Assembly (NCBI RefSeq): GCF_009914755.1
Contig: NC_060926.1
Length of the DNA stretch: 64,000 bases
Direction: 5' to 3' (one strand)
Source of the DNA: the human T2T-CHM13v2.0 reference genome, Homo sapiens
The translations under genes and the position numbers were made by a program. Shown here in pieces: positions 14,268 to 31,378 of the stretch (position 1 is its first letter; every line of letters starts with the position of its first letter). The notes under the pieces were generated by a model, which worked only from the letters and a program-made list of their open reading frames with translations, did no database searches and was not told the origin of the DNA.

Positions 14268-17200
14268 ATTACTGTATTCTTTCCTGCCTGGACTGGATGA
14301 GGACTCATAACACTCAGTGCTAGAGACACTCAGTGCTTTAAGCAACAAGAACTGATTTATTGGGAGGTGAAGGTGAGCTGAAATATTGTTGCCTTGATTT
14401 TTTCACATATTTTAAAAACTGATGTTGCTACCAAATCTTTAGTTTGGATAAGCTATATTAGTCTAATCTAAATGATGCAGATACTTTTAATTCATTTGGT
14501 AAGTAACATATATATGTAATTGCTAAATGATACAGTACAAGAAAAGAGCTTATCACAGTGCCTAGTAGATACTTAAAATGTTAGCTATTATTATTTTTAT
14601 TAAACCAATTATATCTAAAGGGAATAAAATCGTTAAGCAATAAGGCATGGCTGAATCCGGAAAAAAGCTGCAGCTGCAGGGTGAGTGGTCACTTTGATCT
14701 TTTAAAGTCTGGAGGGGACATTAAGCATGCAAGACAGGAAAACTGACAGAAAACAGTTTTGCTGTCAGCACTTTATCAGCTATTCTTTTCCTAGTTAACC
14801 CCAGGGAGAGCTAGCAGTATCTCTTCCCATCTCAACATATAACCATGAAGAGATAAAAGATGGCTAAAGTAGATTTTGGCATTATAAGAGAACTTCAAAG
14901 ACTACATAAATTTGTTCTTTAACAAAAAGTAATCACAATAACACTAATAATAATCAATAACAATATGGAACAAGTAGATAATAGAGATCAGGATACTAAT
15001 GAATTCTTGTAGTTTTAGGCATAGGCAGTTTACAGTTTACTTATTAATCTTACCAATGCTACATAAAGAGAAACACAAAAGTGTCTGCAAACAGCATTTC
15101 AGAATTGAGGTGAAAAATTCTTAGCAAGCTCCAACATGGAGTTTCTCATGAAGAGGATACTGTAATGTGCTATAAAGAAGGAAAACACAAACATACTAGA
15201 ACTAGAATAAATCATTCCAGGCTGTAGATACTACCACTAGGGAGAAAGAAATAATTATTAACATTCATTTTTCTTTCTCCATATGAAAATGATTTTCTAA
15301 AGAGATTATTAGACCTGTCACTTGGTTCACTTGTAGCTTTATTTAGTTCACCTGTAGTTTTCTAATTCTTAACAACCATACTGTGGTCCCTCTGAAGTCA
15401 CATATTAAAGAATTCTACCAGAGCTTAATAATGACTGCTACTTCTTGTTGAATTATGTCAGCACAATGCTATTGATTTACACCTGAACTCATTGAGTTCT
15501 CAGGACAATCTTGTCCAGTATAAAATATATTATGTTAATTTACTGATAGCAAGACACATTTAAAAGGGATAAACCATTTGCCATGATTCTAAATTCCTTA
15601 AGTAGCCAAGCTGAGATTTGAATCCAGTTCACATTGCATCCATAGCCTAGTCTCTTTCTGCCATGTTTTCTCTGCAGGAGCTATTCATGTCAGTTAGGTA
15701 ACTAGGTAGATCTAGCAGATTTTGTGGTGATTATCCTAGTGTCCATAGGCATGATCAATATAAGATTAACTAGTTAATGAAATATTTACAAAGTGACATT
15801 CTAACAGGCATTAACTAACCTTTTTTGGTATAGATCAGATGAGCCCAACTTATCCTCAACCACTTAATCTTCCAATAATAAAATGCTAAATAGTCTTTTC
15901 AGGAGGAACTAAGACTACTCATGTCTTTATTCTCAGTTGTGAATGGGAGAATGTGAATCTAAAAGTGCTGAATCAATATTTTTGAAACTTAAATTTGACT
16001 TCAATAGAACAGACTTTAGTAAATTTGTTAATAACTTTTATTTAATCACTTAGAGCTTTACTGTTTACTATTTAGTATAACTTGGGAAAGTAGTATGCAT
16101 TTGTTTTCCTGGACACTGCATCTTGTTTAAAGGGAGATATCTACTCTGCTTTTAATCTGTAAGAATAATCTCAGTTAATTAATGACATTCATATTAAAGG
16201 AACTTAATAACAAGCAACTCGACAAAATTAGAAAAATGCTACCTTTATACTTAATAAACTATATCAAACATACCTGTGGTAAAGGAGCAGGCAGGATTGT
16301 GTCATTCTGACTCTTCCAAGATAAAACAGTGAGTGACTTTAATTAAGTTTTCCATTTTTCTCTTATAGCTTCATGCTTATGTAGGATAATTTATATGTAG
16401 AAATCATTTGTCTGTCATTCACATATTTTTATCTCCTCTACTTTTATAATGAACTTATTACCATCATATATTAAATTTGAAACTGTGATTAATATGCAAG
16501 TTTTTATATTAAATATTAATGCTGGTGTTATTTTAATATTCTACATTGATCCTGATGTCAAGGGGATCCAGTTGGAGGTAACAGCATTGAGTACAAATCT
16601 GCGTTAATGTTATTTATTATTTTATATTTTTTAATATAGTAGCAGTAAATAATATTACCACCCACTCAGGCAAAAGGGGTTATAATAAACCCTGAAAGAA
16701 AATATATGGTGTCACAAAAGACTCTTACTGCTAGTGCCTTTGTTTCAGGGGGCTGAGTCAAAGGAACATGTGGCTTTTTGTCTAGACGCACACTGTGAGA
16801 GGGTAAGCAAGTGGCAGTGGGAAAAGGAGTACCTCATAAAGAATCTCTGCAAGAGGGCATCCAATTCTGGTCCAGTACTTGAAAACAGCCACTGAAAATT
16901 AACCAATACTTTAGAAATGGCATGGTATCTTGGGTTTCCATAATGCCTGCCCTAGGAAAGGTCAATTCATGGCCATTATATTTATCATCAGCAACTTCAA
17001 ACAGTAGTGCAGGGTGCTATCATAGTTATTTTGTTGTATGTTACCTTATTAATAACTGTATTGACTTTGGGAATGTTTGCAGGAAATAACTAGCCATCTT
17101 TCATTCATTAATTTATTAACTCATCCCCGATATGGATTGAGGACTTCTCTATACATTCACAAGGGTACAATTATTAAAAAGACATATATCCTACTCTTAA

Positions 17201-17957
17201 ATAGCCAATATCCTAGGATAAGTCTTTAAAATTTAGTATAAAAATTATAAACATTAGTAATTATAATTATAAATGTATGATATAAATTTCCTATGATAAC
17301 TCTTTCAAGAGAGAAATTACCTTCTAACTTAAAAAACTGAATGCAAGTAAACAAAAAGCTGTGTTCAGAAGAAAAATATGAATATGGTATTTATGTGTGG
17401 GAAGAATGTTAAAAGCAAAAAGATAAATAACACTGGTAGGGTTGTACCATGAGGAGAAAGGGGTGTGGATGATACAAATTCCTTCCAGAGTCTTCCTTCT
17501 GTTTTACTAGTTGTGTGACATAAAGCAAGTTATTCACTCTGTCAAAACCTCAATCTGAGGTTACTCAGATATATAATGGGAACTATAATGCCTATCTTCT
17601 GAAAAGAACAATTTCAGGTAATATATGTGAAAGAGTCTAGCACAGTGTTGGTATATAACAGTTGTCCAATATAATTAGTTTCCCTTGCTTCTAAAATTAA
17701 GAAAATGGAAAAGTGTGGCATGCATGGGGAATACAAATAGATCAGCTTCAGTGAAGCATATGGTACATGACAGAACACAGTAAGAAACAAGATGGAAAAG
17801 GCAGGTTGGTACTAGGGCTTGGAGGAGTTTGAATGGAAGGCTGACATTTGGATTTTATTGTAAGCAAAATGGGGATTTCCTATTTCTGCTCTTTTTTTTA
17901 CCCTCCCATAAATAACAGATAATCAAGTACCTTGTCTTGCGGTGGATAAAAATATGA

Positions 17958-20491
<2,534 letters not shown>

Positions 20492-20715
20492 TACTAAAGT
20501 TGTCAACTCATATCCAATTTTATATTAAAGAATATCAAACTGGGGGACTAAACCAGAAATGTGAATACCCACAACGGACCCTTAATTGGAAACTGTTGGT
20601 GCTTTTTAAATAAGTTGTTTTGAGGAGAGTTCAAATTACAGTATAACAAAATTCATTTAGTGAATTAATGCAGTCTGTGGTTAGCATATCATACAGAGGT
20701 ATTATCCGTTTAAGG

Positions 20716-21850
20716 AAAAACACAGTTGAAACCCACAGAGTGGGAGAAAATCTTCACAATCTATACATCTGACAGAAGGACAAATATCCAGAATCTGCAA
20801 CGAAATCAAACATATTAGCAAGGAAAAAACAAACAGCCCTATCAAAAACTGGGCTAAGGACACGAATAGACAATTCTCAAAAGAAGATGTACAAAAGGCC
20901 AACAAACATATGAAAAAATGCTCAACATCACTAATGATCAGGGAAATGCAAATCAAAAGCACAATGAGATACCACCTTACTCCTACAAGAATGGCCATAA
21001 TCAAAAAATCAAAAAATAATAATAGATGTTGGCATGGATGCAGTGAACAGGGAACACTTCTACACTGCTGGTGGGAATGTAAACTAGTACAACCACTATG
21101 TAAAACAGTGTGGAGATTCCTTAAAGAACTAAAAGTAAAACTACCATTTGATCCAGTAATCCCACTACTGTGTATCTACCCAGAGGAAAAGAGGTCATTA
21201 TATGAAAAAGATACTTGCACATGCATGTTTATAGCAGCACAATTTGCAATTGCAAAAACGTGGAACCAACCCAAATCCCCATCAATCAACGGGTAGATAA
21301 AGAAATTGTGATATATATATATATATATATAATATATATATATTATATATATATAATATATATATTATATATATATATAGATTTATATTATATATATAGT
21401 ATGTATATATATTTATATATATATATATATACACACTATATATATGATGGAATACTACTTAGCCATAAAATGGAATTAATTAATGGCATTTGCAGTGACC
21501 TGGATGAGATTCAAGACTATTATTCTAAGTGAGGTAACTCAGGAATAGAAAACTAAATGCTGTATGTTCTCACTCATATGTGGAACCTAAGCTATGGGGA
21601 TGCAAAGGCATAAGGAAGACACAATGGACTTTGGGGACTCAGGGGGAAAGGGTGTGGAGGGGGTGAAGGATACAATACCACAAATTTGGTGCAGTGTATA
21701 CTGCTCAGGTGATGGGGGCACCAAAATCTCACAAATCACCACTAAAGAACTTACTCATGTAACAAAACATCACCTGTTCCCCCAATAACCTATGGAAATA
21801 AAACAATTAATATAGAAAAATTAAAAGTAAAAAATTTAAAAAAAGAAAAA
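20716..21850 (+). mobile_element. 5'-truncated L1PB (L1PB1-like)
   Basis: ORF2 C-terminus ([25 protein letters not shown]) and 3' UTR caccaaaatctcacaaatcaccactaaagaacttactcatgtaac. Confidence 0.9.
21311..21445. repeat. Interrupted (TA)n microsatellite, about 135 bp, inside L1PB
   Basis: Directly visible run of TA dinucleotides with few interruptions. Confidence 0.95.
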
Positions 21851-22258
21851 CATTACATTTTAATTCCCCAAAAGTAAAGTAATAAGTGTAAAATCACCAC
21901 TGAAAGAACATGGAAATAGTCAAGCAAAACACACCTACAGAAAGATAATTATCACAAAATATAGGAAGTACATCTACCTGCCTGCTCACCTCTTCAAGCC
22001 TATGCTTACCACACATGCAAAAATACAATAAAAAACTATGATCTACAAGTCAGATTTAAAACTTTTTTTTGTTCTTTCCAGAGTTACCTTTTTCAACTCT
22101 CATTCTCTGTAGTGGGGAATAATTTACCTCCAATATGAGTAGAATTTTGCTTCTCGGCACTGCTCTTTCTTCCCATCATTCCCACAGTTGGTTGTATTTT
22201 CTTTATAGTTCACTTCACCCCTATGGCCTCATTTTTTTCCCACCAAATTTCATGTAGT

Positions 22259-22549
22259 GGCCGGACATGGTGGCTCACACCTGTATTCCCAGCACTTTGG
22301 GAGGCTGAGGCAGGCAGATCACGAGGTCAAGAGATTGAGACCATCCTGGCCAACATGGTGAAACCCCGTTTCCATTAAAAATATAAAAATTAGCTAGGTG
22401 TGGTGGCTGGCACCTGTAGTCCCAGCTACTCAGGAGGCTGAGGCAGGAGAATCACTTGAACCCAGGAGGCGGAGGTTGCAGTGAGCCAAGATCATGCCAT
22501 TGTACTCCAGCCTAGGTGACAGAGTGAGACTCCATCTCAAAAAAAAAAA
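22259..22549 (+). mobile_element. AluSc
   Basis: gatcacgaggtcaagagattgagaccatcctggccaacatgg. Imperfect TSD aatttcatgt(t)agt. Confidence 0.9.
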
Positions 22550-25500
22550 TTAATTTCATGTTAGTATTGGTCAATCTTGCCCATTGCTGTGTTTGCACAT
22601 ATCTTCTGGCGACTACAGGCACGACAATTACTCTTTGACCATTCTGCTAAACAATTCTAAAAAGGGCAAAAGAAGTTACAGCATTCAATGGTCAATGGTA
22701 ATTTCAATAATGTCTCAGTTCTTTATAGACATGTAAAAAGACAGCTTTTTAAGGGTAGGCGTGCCGGCTTTCATCTGTGGAGGACATTAATTGTTATTGC
22801 TTTGTTTTTGGTCTATTCCCACATAACAAACTCTGAAGCAATTCTACTTATCTGTTCTACTGTTGGTCCTTCAAAGTATTATAGCTTCCAGAACTCTCCA
22901 AAGAAATCCCTGTGCAAATTTTAGCTAATTTTAAGGATTGGATGGCCGTGATCTAAGTCTTTCCTTTAAGAACCAGATCAAACTGAGATGGAACCAGGAC
23001 TAGAAGACTAAATATGAGATTCTTTTGAAAGTTAAAAAATAAAAATTTTAAATTATTAGAAAATGTTTCTGTGGTACTTCAACTCTCAAAGAATTATTTG
23101 CACAGTCTGTTTCATCAGAGGAACCAGAACTTATTTATGATATCATACTGACATAGGTTACTTAGATTAAAAGAATTCATATATTCAGAGTAATTATTCA
23201 TCAGATCTACAAATGGTATGAAAAACCCACTCATAAAAAATAAATTCTTCATCTTTTAGCTATTTAACTGAAATGTCTATACATTAAAATTCACAGATGT
23301 GTTAAAACATGTACTGGAACACCATAACCTAACATTTACTTCAATTATTAAAAATGTAGCATGAAGAAAGCAAGTATTTAAAGGTTCTTCCAAACCAATT
23401 TCAGTGATTTTTAAGTGCAAACTAGGCAATTATATGTTATCTGTAATTAAAGCAGGAATGCACTTGAGAATATTTGAGATATCAGTATATCAGTACAGAA
23501 TTACAGTGCTTTTTAACATTAAGGCATTTTTGCATGTTTAATATATTTTCTTTTGAAAATGTGATGGAAATATTTAAATACTTCATTCAGTATTTATTGA
23601 ATGATTTAAATGGCTTTGAAAGTAAATATCTACAGATCTTCTGGTTAAAAGCTAGTGGTTTCTAGTGGACAGTGTATTTTTCAGAGAAAACATTAAATAA
23701 TGAAATTCACTTTATCGACAAACACAAATATTTACTGAGCACTTACTATGTATCCAGCCATATTCTAAAAATAATACATTTCATACTACATGACATTCAG
23801 AAACAATTTAATTTCATAAATTTTCATGTTTTCAATGTCTACACAGATAAAAAACATTGTTATTTGGTATTTTGAAATAGTACCACTGGGTGGTAAAAAA
23901 GTTGAGAGGAATAAATTTTAATTAATTGTTCAAAATACTAGAGCCAAACACATCAATAAAATGATTAATAGTTATTAAAATATCATGAGTAAGTTATTTA
24001 TATTCCCAAGATTTTTGGAAGTATAGTAGAATAAATTATTTTCCCTAAATTACTTTTTAAATTTTTTGATAGTTTTATTTTCTAAAATAAATTCAAAATT
24101 AACTGTATTCAACAATATACCTATTAAAAAAATTTAAGGTATAGCATTTTGTTGTAACAAATAAGTATCTATAGGACTGTCTTTTATCACCTTTAAATTT
24201 AAAAAATGCAAGAGTAATGAAATCTAGTAAAATATTTTTTGTAACTATGACATGTTAATATAAACAATCCAATTTACGAATAAAGAAATCATAAAGAGGT
24301 CACAGTAGTTATTTTTTGTCAATTATTTTTTGTCAATTATAATATCATTATTGTATAATTGTTGCTGTATTCTTCAATGTTCCCCGGAAATAAGAAATAA
24401 ATTATTCTTTTGACTTTGCCCTATAGGTTTCCTTTAATAGTACAATTCAAACAATTTAAAATGCAATTTTAACTACTATTTTTCATTTGGCTATGCATTT
24501 CTTTGAAAAGAATTTAAAAAGAATGTATTATGACAAGTGAGATAGCATACTAGATGCTCTCATTTCCCCATTAATTTTAAAGTAATTGCAAGAGCAAAAG
24601 CCATGTCCATTGTGCATGTCTGAACTGCCTCAAGAAAGATCCAATTATAAACTGACATGTTTTCAACATACATATCTTGCATATTTAATTCAGGTAAGCC
24701 TCCAAAATAAAACATGTCTCTGGTTTTGTTAAATCCACAATAGGTTTCAGTTGAACTAGAATTTTCAAATATATTAGCACTATTTTGGGGTATTTTGTTT
24801 TTGTTGTTATTGTTTATATTTCATAGGTGCATATATATAATATTTGATGTTATGGATAGGTAATTCATTTGTACATTTGAAGATAAATATGTTTATCAAG
24901 CACTTGAGAGCAGAATACCAATATGTTTAACGAAATAGCATATACCATAAATCCTAGGACTCCTATATGACATTTTTCAATCCAGATGTATAAGACCCCA
25001 CAGTGTGTAATGGAGCAACTTTATTTGATCTAATGTTGGTTTCTTGATCCGTGAAAAGAGTGTGATATATTTTGATTTAGAACATAGATCAAAATATATT
25101 TTGAGTACTAGTTTTCTCTATTACTGAATTTTAAGTCTTTGTCCAGGACTTTGGCACATAAAGATTAAAATTACATACTATATATGAATAAGAAACACAA
25201 ATGAGGTACTTCATGTTTAAAAGCTCACATAGAAAAAAGTGGAAAATGTATCCTAACTTTAAATATATGTATATTAAATATTTACATATAAAAAATATAT
25301 GTATATGTGTATATTTTATGCATCTATGTATATACAAAATATATACCATGAAATCCAGTTATTTTGTTTTCTTCCTCCTAATGTAATATATACAGGGATC
25401 CATTTATAATTTTCTTTCTACAACTTTTAAACATGTTTTATTTATTTGTGGCGCATTTTTTCTCTATGAAAAAAAAATTACCACTATATTCTACACTAAT

Positions 25501-25595
25501 ATCACGTATCAATAAAAATGTATAATGATTAGCTAGTAACCCAGGCCTATAAATTAACAAAACAAGAAAGAATAATAAAAAGACTTCCTTAGGCT

Positions 25596-25995
<400 letters not shown>

Positions 25996-27500
25996 TTAAT
26001 TTATTGATAATTGATAGCATAAATAAGAAATTGACTTTGAGGGGTCATGATTTTTAAAAGTCAGAATATTTATATATTTAATTATACATGTTTAAAAATT
26101 AAATCAGTTTATTAACTTCAATATTATTTTTCAAGTATTCAGTATATTTTACAATTATTTACAAACAGCTTCAATATAGACACTGACTTAGAATGGATAA
26201 GTTGAGAAAAAAAGCATTTGAGCAAATAGGGTTTTAAGAAAATATTTTCTTAAGGTATAATACATTTGTATTAGGTAAAGCATAGGTACCTATTATTCAG
26301 GTGCAGACTGTCTATTCTCAATGCTCAATAAATGTTATCAATATTATTATGGAAAAATTACTCCAAAATAAAGAGGAGATAATTAAAGCCAACACTCAGC
26401 TTCTGTTTCATGAAAAGTAATCTTTGAAGAAAATAATTAAAGTTATACATATCCAGTTACTGAGATTGGGATTATCATTTTACTTGAAATACTTCAATAG
26501 CTTATTTTTGTCATAATTTTCCAAAGTTCAAGAAATTTACATCAAAATATTTCCTGCCTTCCTTCCATTACCTCTTCTTCCTATCAAATGTGATGAAGTA
26601 GAGTTTTATCAGATAAATAATCAAATTCAATAAACCAATGCAAAATTAAAATTCTAAGAAATTGCTTTCCACCCAATTAAGAAAAAGAAGCCAAACAAAA
26701 ACAAAACTGATCAACTTCATGTAAACATAGTTATGCACATTACATATCACCATAACACACCAAAAACCAAATGACAAACAAGAAAAATATTTGTAATTTT
26801 TATCATAAAAACTAATCTCTTTAACATATAAAGAGTATATATATAGAACTTAAGAAGTGAAAGTCAACCAACTCAGTTAAGAAAAACCATAGATATAAAA
26901 AGAATTTACAGCAAAAGAAATAGAGTTGTATAACATCATTCAAAATAAGGGAATTCACGTTAAAAGTACCCTGGAAGTATTTTTTAAAGTTAGATATTGA
27001 TCTGGTCAGCAAGTTGTTTTCGGTTCCTGCCATATCTTGTAGTGGGAAACCCTTTTCTTTTCTTGCCAGAATACTTCCTTTTACTTCTGCCCGTACGCAA
27101 TCCTAGAGAATACAAGTAGGAACTCTATTCCTCCTTTTACACATACCCCAGGGAACACATGGTGACTGGAAATGTAGGGATTCCTGGAGGATTGTTTTTG
27201 AGTCTATTCTGGTTTCTTTTTATTTGCTGAATATAGGACCTCTATGAATTTGAAACCATAGTAAAACTTATGGATATGGAAATATTGTGCCTTGGCTTTG
27301 GCTGTAGCTGTTTGTCTCCCATACAAAATACACTTCAGTCAGTCTCACCCAGATTGATAAGAAATATCATTTCAAGACTCACTTATTCTTTCCGATAATA
27401 TTTATCTGGTGCTGTTCTGGATTAAATGATGTCTCCCAAGAAAAATATATATTGAAGTCCTAACATCCAGTACCTCAGAATGTGACCTTATTTCAAAATA

Positions 27501-27595
27501 TAGATGCTCCTCAACTTATGATTGGGTTATGTGCCAATAAACCTATTGTAAAATCAAAAAATTAAGTTGAACCATTGTAAGTGAGGAACCATCTG
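27501..27595. mobile_element. Tigger-derived MITE (MER47C-like)
   Basis: Terminal inverted repeats agatgctcctcaacttatga / tgtaagtgaggaaccatctg with TA target duplication at 27499-27500 and 27596-27597. Confidence 0.75.
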
Positions 27596-27638
27596 TAGGT
27601 CATTGCAGATATAATTATTTAAGATAAGACACCCTGCA

Positions 27639-27893
27639 GGGAGACCAAGGTGTGTGGATCAAGGAGATCAGGAGTTCAAGACCAGCCTGGCCAAGATGGG
27701 TGAAACCCAATCTCTACTTACAAAAAAAAAAAAAATAGCCAGGCGTGGTGGCGAGCACCTGTAATCCCAGCTACTTGGGAGGCTGAGGCAAAGAACTGCT
27801 TGAACCCGGGAGGCAGAGGCTGCAGTGAGCCAAGATCACGCCACTGCACTGTAGCCTAGGCAACAGAGCGAGACTGTGTCTCAATAAATAAAA
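27639..27893 (+). mobile_element. 5'-truncated AluS
   Basis: Alu body starting at gggagaccaagg. Diverged TSD aagataagacaccctgca / aagatgagacacgctgga. Confidence 0.88.
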
Positions 27894-29039
27894 AGATGAG
27901 ACACGCTGGAATAGAGCATACCTCTATTCCAATATGACTAGTGTCCTTATAACAGGATGGCCATGTGAAGACACAGAAGCATAGGGAGAATGGCACATGA
28001 AGCCGGAGGATTGCAGCGATGCGGCCTACAAGCCAAGGAGCTACCAGAAGCCAGAAGAGGCAAGGAAGGATCCTCCCCTAGAGACTTAGAGGGAGCATGG
28101 CCCTGCCAACACCATCATTTTGGAATTCTGGTTTCCAGAACTGTGAGAATAAATTTCTGTCATTTTAAGGGAAAAAAAAAAAGTACAGTGAATATCATTT
28201 GTCACTTTTTAAATTGGAAGAAGATCCTAAGATTTGATAATGACCTATCCTCGATAGGCCACGAGGAAACAAATGCTGGCGTGTATTGCCAGTAGAAAGG
28301 TAAAATGAAACAACCTCTATGAAAGGTAACCTCGTATTATCTGTAAAAATTACAGATGTATTTAGCCTTGACCTGGGATTATATTCCTGGAAATTCATTC
28401 CACACTTGTACCTTCAGATATGTGAAATGACACAGGTTCTTAATTGCGGCACTGTTTGTAATAACAAAAGTTTAGAAAACACCCAAAGTTCTAGCAATAA
28501 GGACAAATTAAGTAAATTGCTGTACAGCCACAGAGTGTAATGATCTACAGCTGTTTGAAGAATGTGACCGTTTTCTATGTACTAACTTAAAAAGATCTCT
28601 AAAATATATTAAGTGATAAATAGCAAGGTATGGAATTATGTTTTAATGTGTTTCTTTTTGTGTATTAAGAAGAAAAATAAGAATGTATGTTCACATTTGT
28701 TCACATTTTTATTTTTAAAAATTGGAAGAATATACAAGAAACTAATAAAATGGTTCATTCTGGAGGGATGTTTGGGCAAGCATTGAGTAAACTGAGATAA
28801 TATGGGTATGAAAATTCATCATGTAATTTTTTTCATATTGCTGTAGTTTGGGGCTATATAAATGCATGAACACTTCAAAAAATAAATTAAAACAAAAAGT
28901 AATACGAACAAACATAAATGCTTGGAACAAATGAGGATACGCTTTCAAATCCAATTTAAATAGACAATCTAATAGGTAGCTAAAAGAATGAGAAAATCCA
29001 AATTTTCTTTCTTTTGGCAGGTAAATTTTGACTAATAAT

Positions 29040-29280
29040 AATTATAACTGACATTTAAATTATTACTATTGTAACTACATTTTATATTTTGACTCATCTA
29101 ATTCCCAAAACAGCCTTATAAAATAAGTGCTATTATTATTACTACCATTTTACAGATGATAAAACTTAACCCAGAGAGGTTAAGTAACTTGACCCAGGCC
29201 ACTTAGCTAGTAAGTAGTGGAGCTGAAATTCTAACCTGGCATTTTGTCTTCAGAAACCATGATGTTAATCACTCCGCACT
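29040..29280 (-). mobile_element. MIR
   Basis: ccattttacagatgataaaactt...agaggttaagtaacttgacccaggccac MIR core. Confidence 0.8.
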
Positions 29281-30664
29281 TAACCACTGAGAAAATCACA
29301 TGATATATACTAGTTTTAAATGTTAGCCATTAGGCACTGAAAGGCAGATTGAGAATTAAAATCTTCTAATAAGATTTAGAATTTTCTGTCAACAAAAAAG
29401 TCTTGGGCACATGTCCTTCTGCAGTACTTAATCTATACCTTTGCAAGGGGTGGAAAAAGGTAATACCTGCCACTGCTATAGAAGATATGAGAAAAAATAT
29501 GTTTATAATTTTATATTATGAGTATGTGGAAAATACAAGAAGAAAATAAATATAACTGTGTTCAAATCCTGAAAATCTATAATTGCAATCTTAGCTTTAA
29601 AATTATCACAGGCAATTATCAGCTTTAACATTATTGTGGGCCCTAGGTAAGATCTCAAGCCAACAAAAGTTAGGCCAAGTCAAAAGTATTTCCAGTTTGT
29701 CCAGTCTTAACATAATATGAACAAAATGTTCATTTTTTTAGATTGTAAAATGTAATCACAGCAAAAGATACACATTCCTATTCCCTCAAGTAATTGATGA
29801 TCTCTTCTTTCCTTAGGTGTATTTTTTAATTAAAATGCAGTATCTATATCTAGAAAATGTATCAGCCTGAAGATAATTGTCGAGTCAATGTGAAAGAAAA
29901 TATAAGAATGTCAGTATGTCTAAAAGCATAAACCTAGTTAACATTTCAAAAACATTAAAATGAATGTCCACATATAATTTCCTTAAATCAACCAGACTCA
30001 GTTCAAAACAAATTTGTAGCCCGAATGAGTAGCCCTAATAGCTTAGCCATCAGTCTCTTCTTCATTTTCCGTAACATCCACTCCCATACAAAAATGTTTT
30101 CAATCAGTTCCAACTTTTAATTTCCAGGAGCAGAAACCTGATTAAGTATTGATAATATAGAATAACTTGTAACTGAGAATACGTATCAAAACGAATAGCT
30201 AATTTTTCAATGATGTCAGTCAAAAATTTGAAAAATCTATTTAGAAGTATTGCCTAATACTTCTGAATTCAAAATTGATCATTAACTATAAAAAAAACTA
30301 TTGTAAAAATGATTACAATTGGGTAACTATGTTCAAAATGTTCATTTTATGTTTAGCATTATTAAAAACATCTATGTCCAATTATCAGAGAAGAGCATCT
30401 GATCAATTTGTGACCACAGTTATTAGCATGCATTTTAGAATTATCATTATAAAAACTATTAATTGCCTCAATAGGTACAGTTCCTCATTATTGATCTACA
30501 ACTACAGGAAGTTAATGATGTTAATCATTTTCAAATGTACACATTTATTCTGTTTCTAGAAAAATTACTGGCAGAAAAATAGGATGAACATATTAACAGA
30601 AGAGTTCTCATGCTAAGGATAACCACATTTTCCAGATAATTTACACTAAAAATATCCATAGGGA

Positions 30665-31378
30665 TGAAACGCCTTTGCAAAATTATGACTGTGACAGTGA
30701 AAGAGGTCCAACTTAAACGACTCCATCGTGCCTCTAACCTCCAAGCTGTCCTTATTCATTCCTGAGCATAGGCAGAACTAACTTTGGGAGGAACTTAGTT
30801 TATAGTTTAAAACAAAGACGATAATGGCCCTTTCCCAGAACAAACTTCCTTCTTGCCTGGGGACTAGACTGCTAACATTAGCCATAAGATTAGAAATTAT
30901 GGTTTAGGAGTCACATAGCTGGAGGCTACAAGATTCTGCTTCTCCCTAAACTGCTCCTAAGATCAGTGCCTGAGATATTTTGCAGCCTCTATCCTTGATG
31001 GATCAACCAGCACCACCCAGATTAAGAAACCAGCCCATCTGATCTTGTGACTCCCATCCAGGAACTGACTCAGGGCAAGAAGACAGGGACCCCCCTCCCC
31101 ACGATTTCACCTTCGACCCAAACAACCAGCACTCCCCAACTCACTGCCCCTCCCCTCCCACCAAACTGTCTTTATAAACTTTGATCTCCGAATGTTCTGG
31201 GAGACTGATTCGAGTAACGATAAAACTCTGGTTTCCCGCTCAGCTGGCTCTGCGTTAATTACTCTTTTGTCTATTGCGATTCCCCTGTCTTGGGAAATCG
31301 GCTCTTTCTAGGCAGCAAGTAAGGCGAACCCATTGGGTGCTTACAAATTGGGTAAGCTGAACCCACTGGGTGGTTACA
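30665..31378 (+). mobile_element. ERV1 LTR8-like element with duplicated 3' terminus
   Basis: TG start tgaaacgcctttgcaaaattatgac and CA end gggtggttaca. 4-bp TSD ggga at 30661-30664 and 31379-31382. Confidence 0.85.

Larger units (their letters stand above)
27413..28169 (+). mobile_element. MaLR LTR (MLT1B-like) carrying two nested insertions
   Basis: gaagtcctaacatccagtacctcagaatgtgaccttattt...ccaatatgactagtgtccttataa...ccagaactgtgagaataaatttctg. Confidence 0.82.

Noticed and set aside
24311-24340. Small tandem duplications (also near 11165, 20428, 39130, 41187)
   Set aside because: Ordinary 9-15 bp slippage events with no shared motif.
25065-25099. AT-rich hairpin (about 15-bp stem) as a miRNA precursor
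   Set aside because: Too short and low-complexity, expected in very AT-rich DNA.
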